Of a DNA stretch of 64,000 nucleotides, positions 1 through 10,400 are shown one piece after another; positions within the stretch are counted from its first letter, which is position 1, and every line of letters starts with the position of its first letter. Below the pieces are notes generated by a model, which saw nothing but the letters and a program-made list of their open reading frames with translations, was not told where the DNA came from and did no database searches. The stretch covers positions 45,632,001 to 45,696,000 of the forward strand of contig OZ241827.1 in NCBI GenBank assembly GCA_965202585.1, in the 5' to 3' direction. Origin of the DNA: Thalia democratica (lineage: Eukaryota). The translations under genes and the position numbers were made by a program.

Positions 1-111
1 TTATATTTAAACAACTTTTAACTTTTTTGGCTAATTTGGCTAGTAACTTTTATTAAGTTACACTACTTAGTGGTTTATTACCTAAATTACATATTATATG
101 TTTTGGTTGAA

Positions 112-177
112 TAAGCACTGACAAAGTCTTTGACCAAAACTTAGCTTGTAAAATAAATTCTTGAAGGAATAAATCCA
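112..177. repeat. Half copy of the 6477-6645 foldback element
   Basis: TAAGCACTGACAAAGTCTTTGACCAAAACTTAGCTTGTAAAATAAA matches the right arm of that element. Confidence 0.8.
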
Positions 178-2473
178 AATTACATATGATATGTTTTGAG
201 AAAAGTTTTGTTTATATAGATACCAAGAATAATATGTACTTTCTCGAAAATGAGAAGACAGTAGTAGACAAACAATATAAATTATCTTTTCAAAAACTAA
301 CTGAAGTATTTTAATCTAAAAAAGTGCTTTTTTAAAAAGTTAAGAAAAGTGTTTACTTTTCGTAACTAATTTATTTTTACAAAAATACACTAAAAGCTAA
401 GGCTTTAAAACTTTTTGTACTTGTTTTTGCTTTATATGCCATGTTTTGTTGATCAGCTTTTAAGCATCTCAAGTAGCACGCACAAAGCTGAACCAAACTA
501 ATAATAAAAATGTTTTTAAGAGAGTAATTGTGTGTTTTTGTTTTTGAAGTATGTTTAAAAATGTTGTTTATTGAAACTTTAAGTTAAAGTTTATTGCATT
601 AATTATAACTTTAAATTAAAACACTTAGATACAAAACTTTTAAAATAAAACATTAAAGTTGATACATTAAGTTTAAAGCTTGTCATAGTCAAGTATTTTT
701 TCAATTTTTGTCAACTAAATTTTGCCAATAATATAAAAGTAGTTTTTATAATTTATCAAAAAAATATAAACCAATACTTAAAAATCTGCGATCCGTGACA
801 TTTTTTTTGTGTAAAACGTCTTTAAAAACAACATAAAAAAGTTTATGTGGTAAAATTGTACATCTAGGCTTTTAACTTATTACTTTTTTTAGTTTTTCAG
901 TAATTGACAACTGCTTGTTTTTATATTTTTTGTTTTTGAATAATAACCTTATGGAAATTCAGATTACTACAAATATTTTATTACAACTGAGGAGTGGACC
1001 GCGAGTAACGTTGCTTTTAAGAAAACTGGCCCATTATGTATAAAAAACTACCAACATCTGATTTAACACACCGATTGAAATTAAGTATACGAAGTTTTTT
1101 ACAATTTTGATGTACTTGTCATCAATCTTACAGCGATCTATAATGTTCTTTATATTTACTCTGTAAATTTAGCACAAAAAAAACCATCTCAGTGCTGGAA
1201 TATTGAAATATAAATTCACAACGTCCTAAAGTCCTAAAATTTTTCGGCTAACTAAGTTTACGAATTCAAATGCGTTGCCTGTTATACCGTGCAGCAGGCA
1301 CGTAGCTTGGTACGTTTCTACAAGTCTGCAGAAACGTATTTGCTTTTATCTCAGCTTGAAAAGACTCTGCTTTCTTAGCTTTTGGTATTCATTTATATGA
1401 AAGATAGTTTTGAAATATATGTACTCTTTAGCACTTTTATTGTCGTAAAAACTAAACGAGTTAAAAACATCTAAATTGTATTCATTTAGCGCATTAAAGA
1501 TTTACTTTGTCAAAAAGCTGCATTGCAAAATTGATTCTAATGAAAGCTGTAGCTTTTTCTTCAAAATCATACATTTATGTTTCAAAAATTTGCGTAATTT
1601 AATGTTGTATCTATTGACTACATTAAATATTCGATTTTGAAAACGATATAAATGTTTTTGATTTGAATTGTAATTTTTTTATACTTATATTAAATGAATA
1701 TTTTATGGGTTTACACAAAGAGTCATAGCGGTGTGGAGTAAAATAAATTGCCTTGGTACAGTTATCACTCATACTTCAACATTCCATTTTTGAAGTATTT
1801 ACATAAATACATGTTTTCATAGTAAACTCAATAACATTAGAGGTAGTTTAAATTGCTGTGTTCCCGCCAGGACGTTATCTCGCGTCATTTCAGATGTTTA
1901 AATTTTTGCAGAGTCATAACTTTTTTTGAGCTAGCTACGTCCCTGCAGTGCAGGAATACTCTTCGGTTTTAAGCACACGTGTTCTTATTAGTAAAACTTT
2001 CCAATAATTTAATAAACTGTTATAAAATTGGCAAGTTGACAAAGTTGCACTTTTTTAGTAACATAGGTTTCCGGAAATACAGAGATGCACGTTATCAAAA
2101 CCGAGATATTCTACTATATTTATAGCTAGAATAAATATTGCCTCTTTTTTTTTTAGCTTTTTCAGCTGAAGGCCCCTTAACACGTTTACATGGACTTCTT
2201 TAAACGATGTAATTGCTAAAAAGCTAACCAGCAATTGTTCAAATCAAAAATTTTTTTATTATGTAAGATCCTCTAAAGAAGACATGAGTGGTGTGGTAAC
2301 GATCTAGAAAGGTCTGGTACAACCGTTTTGAACAAACAAATTATAAAAATAATTAATTACACAAAATATTGACGCGTGAAATAATTTTAAAAGGTGCTAG
2401 TCGTTTTTAATCTGTTTACCGAAACAATCAGACAAGGAGCTATATAATCTTGATTAGTTCAGAACGCATTAAA

Positions 2474-2550
2474 CGATAACCGAAAGGTTTTTTCGGGCAC
2501 CAGGTATTGGACCAAATATTTTGCGCTTCTTTTTTTGTTGTTCAAAAAAC
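2474..2550 (+). repeat. Dispersed ~75-bp repeat, copy 1 (copies 2 and 3 at 21835-21909 and 22812-22888)
   Basis: The core CGATAACC(G/A)AAAG...GCAC(C/T)(A/G)GGT...CAAATATTTTG...TTTTTGT(C/T)GTTCAA is shared by three loci, all in the same orientation. Confidence 0.8.
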
Positions 2551-4081
2551 AAAAATAATAGAAAACTCAACTTTTGCTTTGAAATATATTCATATTAGGT
2601 TCATAAAATATCTAAATGAAAATGCAAACACTAACAAAAGTTTTAAATTACAAAATTAAGAATTTTATAAGTTAAACAGTTTTTAATGTAAATATTCTTT
2701 TTTTTTTAATCTAAAAAAAAATTATATGGAAGAAAAATTAAATAAAATTTGAATTTTCATTGGTTGTTTATTAAGTATATGTTATATTTCTGCAAAGCAA
2801 CTCAGCAATTTAAATAAGATTTTTTTTCTTTTTCTAAACTTGATTTTTCTTTTTTAAAGTTTAAAAGTTTAATGTTTTGGTTTCGAATTTATATATTTTA
2901 ATTCAGAAAATAAGACTGATGTTTTATGCCTAATGATAATAAATAAGACAAATAGTTTTTTTGTAGGAGTACCTAAACTTTTTTGTTACAGTAGTTTTTA
3001 ATTAATTTTTTTTAATATTTGTTAAATATTTATTAATATAAAAGAATACTTTAGTTTTTTATCTTGGTACAGCATTTAAAATAAAACGGAATATTATTTT
3101 TCTAAGATTGCAAACAAAAAATGCGTGTTTTTACAAGGTTTTCAAAGACAATACAATTCTTCTACAAAACAGTTGATTAAAAGTATTAGTTAACAAGTAT
3201 ACAATAATCCTAAATTAAACTGTAAAAATTATTTAGAATTGTTAAAACAAGATCACAGCATTTGTTAGATCGTCAATAGTAAACTTTTTCAAATGTTTCT
3301 GTAACAAATTAAAAAAAATAATATATTTAATAGCAAATTAATAAGTAAATTACATATACCGAAAAACTTGATTTGTTTTATATAAGCATATTTTTATAAG
3401 ATGCTTGATTGGCAGGGTTGACCGAATTCTACAAACTTAGAATTTTGAATACTAAACTAAGTGTTTTTATTATAATGTTATTCAAGAGAAATTTAATGGC
3501 GATTTCATTTTAGAAATATGGTAACTATATTAGTTCAAACTGTATTAGACAATAAATAAATAAGTATATTGAATACGGAAACGAAAACGCTCAAATAAGT
3601 TTTTGTTTATAGCCTAAAATACCTCTCGGTCATCCAGTCATACGTCACAATGACATAGATTAATTATAAATAGCAAAAAAAAAAAAACTTTTTTACTTTT
3701 AATTATTAACCTCTGAAGAAATAGAATTACAGTTAGTATTTGATAAAAACGTGACAAAATAGGTAAAATAAAATAAACTAAATGAGACAATTTAGTTAAC
3801 CATAAATATAATAATTAAAAAATAATTAAAAAATAAAACAAAAAGTCATGTAGACTATCAATACTTTTTGGAAATATGTCAAAATGTAGACTGTAACAAT
3901 TGAAAATTATATAGTTTTAGATGTTTTGCTCTGGTACAGATTTTTAACATAATTCTTTTGAATTTTAATATTTTGTGCGTATTGAAGCATGTAATAACTA
4001 AGGTTTATGATTATTTCAGCAGTTGAAAATTTGCAGAGCTCAATTTACTAACTAAGTTAAATAATTTCTTTTTAAAGCTGT

Positions 4082-4480
4082 ATGGCTGATGAAAAATTAA
4101 CTGAAGCTTTAGAAAAACTAATCCAAAACACAAGCAGTTTGTCTAAAATAGTTTGCAATTTTGAATCATCTTCACAACCAGTGCTAAATTCTACTATAAA
4201 CAACATTGTGCTTGGCCTAAAAGAGGTTGATGAATTAAAATCTCACTTTTCTGAACCAAAACACCAACTACCTAACGAAGTTTTCAACTACATTGACCAA
4301 GGCAAGAACCCATCTTTATACACTAAAGACTGTGTAAAAAACTCATTGCAGAAAAACGAAGAAGGAAAAGGTAAGATAGAACTGTTCAAGCAGTTTAGTG
4401 ATAGTCTTCTGAATCAAGCAGAAAGTGTTTACCCACAAGAAGTAGCAGAATACAAAAAATCAAGAAACAATGGATACTAA
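4082..4480 (+). CDS. MED10: Mediator of RNA polymerase II transcription subunit 10 (132 aa, intronless)
   Basis: The ORF aligns by eye over its full length with the Med10/Nut2 family (VFNYIDQGKNPSLYTKDC...KNEEGKGKIE vs human VFEYIDQGRNPQLYTKEC...KNEQVKGKID). Length is typical of the family. Confidence 0.95.
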   Translation: MADEKLTEALEKLIQNTSSLSKIVCNFESSSQPVLNSTINNIVLGLKEVDELKSHFSEPKHQLPNEVFNYIDQGKNPSLYTKDCVKNSLQKNEEGKGKIELFKQFSDSLLNQAESVYPQEVAEYKKSRNNGY

Positions 4481-7400
4481 TAATGAAAACAGTATGTCCA
4501 ATACTAACCATACTACATCTAAGGAGTTGGTTAATAAAAGTGAAGATTTAAAAAGTACTTCTGGAACAAAAATTAAGTTTGGGTTGAAAAAGAAAGAAGT
4601 ATCAAAAGTTGACCAAAACAAAGTTATACAAATTGAAGAAGAACCTAATACTAATGATGGACAAGCATCAAGTGAAGAAAAGGAGATTAAACCTATACCA
4701 ATGATAAATAGAAACAGGTAAGTAAGAAGAATTTATACTATATATAGTTATTGAACCTAAACTATATGTAATATAATAATTGTTTATTTATAGTATTCTA
4801 AAGTATAGTAAGGTCATCAAGGTTTAATGACCATAAGGTATTTCTCTACGCAAGTCCATTGATCATATTTGTTAGAGTTAACATTTGACAGTATCTGTTT
4901 ACAATATTCAAACTGTTTTAATAATAAAAAAATGCTGAGTTATTTAGAAGTAGATTACCTCACACTTGTCAGTATTTTATTTTCTAAAGATTGTAAAAAA
5001 TTATCAAGTTCTTATTCTTAAGTTATAACCTAACAATTGATTGATCACGTAATTTCAATTATTACAGTTTTATTTACCATAACATTACAATAATGGGGTT
5101 TTAATTTATTTTAAAAGAGTTAAAAGATCATAGTGCAGGCTGTTATTTATTTTTTTACAAATATTACAACTTACATTAAATCTTAACAAGGTTGTCACTT
5201 TACCTGGAAACCTTAAAAAACCTGGAATTTGAAAATTTAGGCAAAAAAAAACCTTGAATATTGAACAAAAATCACTAAAAAACCTGACAAAACCTGGAAC
5301 TTTAACAATTTTAACATGTTCAGTAGTAAAATTTCAATTTGACTCATAAAATCTATCATAAAAAAAAATTTCATCATCAAACATTTTTTCTGTTAAAAAA
5401 CACATTTAAGTATATTAAGCTTTACAATATATTTTTAATTTTTTAAACTATTGAACTTAGTTTCCTTACCTTTAACTTAACTTTAAACTAAATAGACCCA
5501 AAAATGTGTAGTTTTAAAAACCTGGAGGAAATTTAGAAAACCTGGAAAATTTTTTGAAAAAACAATTGGCAACCCTGTCTTGAAATATTGAATAAACACA
5601 GGGTTTCCACACGCTCAAGATCTTTTGAAACTTATGAAAATTACAGGATGACTCAGGATATTATATATTTTTTAAAAACTCAGGATGGCTCATGCCAGTT
5701 TATTTATTTTTTAATCAGAAAAGTTTAAAAATTTTTTGAAATCTCATGAATTTTTTTTATATATTTTATATGAGATTAAGATGATTTATTTTCAATGTTT
5801 TGTTATTTTATAACAAATTTTGTGGAAGAATCTGATTTTTATTGATTTTGTTGAGTTAAAAAATATTTTAAAGGATTTGAAAAAAATTAGGATGACTCGG
5901 ACTGTTTTTTGGCTCAAAAATGATATCCCTGTGAATAAGATTGTTTAAGGGTATAGGTATGGTCCACCTTGTTTTTTACAAGTTGATCTTATTTTGTAGA
6001 ATTATTTTAGCTACCAAAAAATTTTAATCACAGGGTTGCCTCACACTCAGGTTACTCATGACATTTTGTAGTTTTTGAAAATTTTGGGACAACTCAGGAT
6101 ATTTTGGATTTATTAAAAATTCAGGCTAACTCAAGATTTTTTTTTGTTGAAAAACTCAGAATAGTTTTTGGTTTTTTCTCAGGAAAGATGTTTTTCAAAA
6201 AATAAACAAGTACCTCCTCATAACTTTCAATGACGCACAATGTATTTTTGTCATAATTGCCGCATGTAATAAAATCTAGCCTCTAAGGTTGCATTTTTTG
6301 GGTCTACATTGGGGTGGTTTTCAGAAAATCAAAGTCTTAAAATCATCTTAATATGTACAGGGTGTTTTTGTGATAATTGCAAAGTGTACAAAAATTTCCA
6401 GCTGAAAATTTAAAGGTCTACTGTATTTTTAAGTAACCTAATGTTTATATATCAAAAGCTAATAAACTTTTATCTATGAATTTATTCTTTCAAGACTTTA
6501 TTTTACAAACTAAGTTTTGGTCAAAGACTTCGTCAGTGCTTAAATAAATGTTATTCAAAAGAATATTCAAATATTTATTTAAGCACTTACGAGGTCTTTG
6601 ACCAAAACTTAGTTTGTAAAATAAAGTCTTGGAAGATTAAATTCATTATTTCTCCTCTAGTAGTTTAGATCACTTTATTTGTTTTATAAAATCATAAGTT
6701 ATAAAACTTTTATCTATTTTAAATATTAGAAAAACTGACTCTTATAATTTATATTTAAAGTTTTAATATAAGATCTAATGTTAAACTTTAAAAAAATGTT
6801 CTTACTCCCCTATGTCCTGAAAAAGTTATTAAAACTACAATAATATTGTGATATTTTAGCACTACTAGAACAATCTTTAATTTAACAATATTTTCCTTCA
6901 TAACTTTTCATACAAAAATAAAACAAAACGCATTTAATTATTATTATTTCTAATCACCTATGACCAAGACCTATGAAAAATTGTATTTTAGTTAATTAAA
7001 CTGACATAAAATTATACTGTAGTCAGAATATTTAAAGTTTATGAAATATAAAATAACATAATAATCTAGTGTAGTATTAGACTTAAAAATTTACAAAGTG
7101 CTGAAGCTAAAAAACCCATTACTGTTTACTATTAAAACTTGTTAGATTTAAAATCAAATCAAATTGGTTAATTATTACTGTAAGTGTACACTGTTGGTTA
7201 ATTTTAGTTTTATTTAAAATCTAACAAGTTTTAAAAGAGTTAAAAATAGATAAAATTAAGTATTATATACTAACTATTTATTTCCTCTTATATTTTATTA
7301 GCATTTTTAAATAAGTTTTCTCCTTCTAATTAATATAAAACTTAATATATTCTGTATAAAAGAAAGTTTTAAAGCTTTAAATTGAAATATATTTGCTTTT

Positions 7401-10400
7401 TTTTCTTTTGTTTTTGTCATTAATATTTTTTCAACTTACAAAATATATGTTCTAATTGGTTTTTTAAGTATTGCAAAATATATATTTTAAAATTTAAAGT
7501 CTAGCTTAAAAATAAATTACAAAGTAGATAAGTTTGTGTAAGATATTAATTTTATAAGATAGTTAGCAATGAAAAGTTGTAGTCAATAAAATTTGTTTCC
7601 AAAACTTTTACAAAGACTACTTTATCTCAAAAGGTCATTGAAATTATTTTATTATATAAAATCTAACTTATAATTCATACTCAAGCTTTCAATAAATTTA
7701 AAAGCAAATCTTAGTTTTTGTAAAAAAAATCTGGACATATCTATGTCAATAAATAAAGTTACATAATATATATTGCAGGGTTCTGTTTTATTGAAACTCA
7801 GTATTTTTGTGTTTTTTACTTCAATTGGTCAATTTTTATTTTTACAGTTTTACAAAAGGCACATCCTTCGTAGTTTTGCTTAAAAAGTTTTACTAAAATG
7901 TGTCCAATAATGAAAAGAAAAGCTTATAAAATTATATTTTTAAATAATTCTCAGCTGTAAATATAAGAAAATCTACTTGCTTTCTTAAATTTTAATTTAG
8001 TTTTTGATTTTTAAATATTTTACGTAAACTAAGGCTAGTTCAGGCCACTTGTCGGTTACTTCTGCAATTTTTATGTTGTTATGAATTTGAATTTATATAC
8101 ATATTTTTATTGATCCAATTAAGAAAACATTTGCCAATAAGGTACAAATTAAAAATTTATCTTTGCTTCTTTCCTTATTTTTTCTATAGTAGTTAGAGAT
8201 TGTTTATAAAAGGTTGTAAAACTTTAAAAACAGTAATAGTGCTAATTGTGATAGTTAGTAAACTTCTTGACTTTGCTGATGATAGCAAAATGATTTTCAT
8301 TAAGTTAGTAGCTGATAAAGTCATGTATTAACTACAGTCTTTTATTGAAACCAACAATGTCAACAAATATGATGAGTTATAATGTTGCATCAACTTTTCT
8401 TAAAAAGTGGTTGCTTAATTGGTTAAGTAAGTGCCAGTCTAACCCGCTTGGTTAGACTGACACAATGGTTCATTTTGAAAATGCCTTTTTGATGAGTCTA
8501 ATGGGGAATACCAGGTCACATATGTTGCATGGATCTTTGTTATACTGAAATTCAGTTTAGTGCTAAACCTTTATGATATAGGCTAATTAATTTTTGTAAA
8601 AGTTCTAGTATTATAGATTTGTTGGAGCTTGATAGCATCTTTAGAGATTGTCTTTTATCAGAGGACTTTTTGTTATAAATTTTGCGTAATATTTTTAATG
8701 AATGTTTATGAAAATTTAGTTTCTTTAAAAAATAACTTAAATCATACTTTTTCTTTTTAATTTGAATCTGTATCTGTTCTGATTTTAGAAAAAGTCAAGA
8801 TCTGGCTAATTCCTTGGTCTTAGCAAAAAAGGCCTGTAGTTCTTTTAACTTATGTAAAAATTTCAAATTGTTTGTTTAGTATAAATTTTATTTTGTAAGT
8901 CTAGAACTATTTAAAAGTGTAATTATTGTAGTTTATTAATAAAAACGCATTTTTGTTGTTTTATATCTATTTAAAAATATATTGACAAAATATAGAGTAA
9001 ACTTCTTAAGATTTTTTTAAGTTGCATTGCAAATTTTGGTTTCATTGCACAAAATTTTTTTGACTTAATGACATTGTTTTACTACTTCCAATCACCACTA
9101 ACAGTTAAATTTTTATAAACAATTTATTTTGTTTTGTTTATAGCAAGCCAAAATGTTGACAATTCATAGTTACCTTGACCCCAACATACAAACTTTTATA
9201 TTAGTATACAAAAGTACTTTTGAAAAAAATATAAGAAAATAAATAAAAAGATTTTCATGTTTCTTACTATGAGTCTAGTTTTACATTAATACTATAAAAC
9301 TTTAAAAAAACAAACTTGTTGTATGTTTGGTTTAGAGTTTTGTGTACATTGTGTAAATACATTCTTTTTAATGTTTAAAGATATAAAATTATTATATAAT
9401 TATAAAAACAATAAATTAATTTAATTGTTATTAAGGCCATAGGGGGGGGGGGGGTCCAACTTTTTTTTTTTACAAAAAATAACTTTGGCTTTTATATGAA
9501 AACTTTAAATACAAACTACAAGCCTGTTTTTATAGAATTTAAAAATATCATTTAACTTTTGAGATATTTTATTTTTTGTAAAAAGTTTCCGATGCAAAAG
9601 TATAGACCGCAAATTTTTCGTGGTCAATTTTCTCGGAAATTTTAAAACTTACTAAAAATCTATCTCCTCCTTCATTTTTTGACCTAGAGACTTCAAATTT
9701 TCAGGAATTGTTCCTTTTAATATTTTGAAGAATCTGAATGTTGGAATTTTTGAAATTTTGAAAAATAAAAATTTTATCCACAAAAAACTAAAAAAAAGGG
9801 TAGTTTTTTGACAATAATTTTTTTTTTACTCAAAATTAAAAATTCCTACAATAGATCTCTTTAAAGTTTAATGATACACATTCTGTAAAAATTTGAGAAA
9901 GATTACTCAAAACATGAAGGAGGAGATAGATTTTTAGTGAAATAGTCTTTTTTCCCATTTTTAGTTTTCGCCTTCCATAAGGAACCTATTGAACGCCCTT
10001 TCTTTGATCGCTTATATCTCAAAAGTTACTTTGAGTTTTTTTAAGCGGTTAAAAGTGTCTGATAGCTCAGATTAAATTCTACAAAATAAGATCAAGTTGT
10101 AAAAAACAAAGTGGACCCCCCCCTAAACTAAATAATTAGTTTTTATAAGAACTTTTAAGGTTTACTATAGTGTAAAATTCTTATTTATCACACGTTTGCC
10201 ACACACTCAGACTACTCAAGGTTACTTATAACTAGTTCAAACTTTTTTGAAAAACTCAAGCTGACTCCAGCTTGTTTGTGTTTTTTTTTGCAAAGCTCAG
10301 AATAGTTTTGATAATTTTTGTAAACTTTATGCTAGTATATTATATTTATATAAAAGATTTATTAAAAAAAGTTTTAAATGAATATTTTTAACAGGTACAA

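Noticed and set aside
1000-1400. Possible LINE RT remnant on the minus strand (KIVKNFVYL)
   Set aside because: Only one short motif; flanking frames do not extend the match.
4451-4460. A-run near the MED10 end as a -1 slippery site
   Set aside because: It does not fit X-XXY-YYZ in the MED10 frame, and GPKOW is in the +1 frame, not -1.
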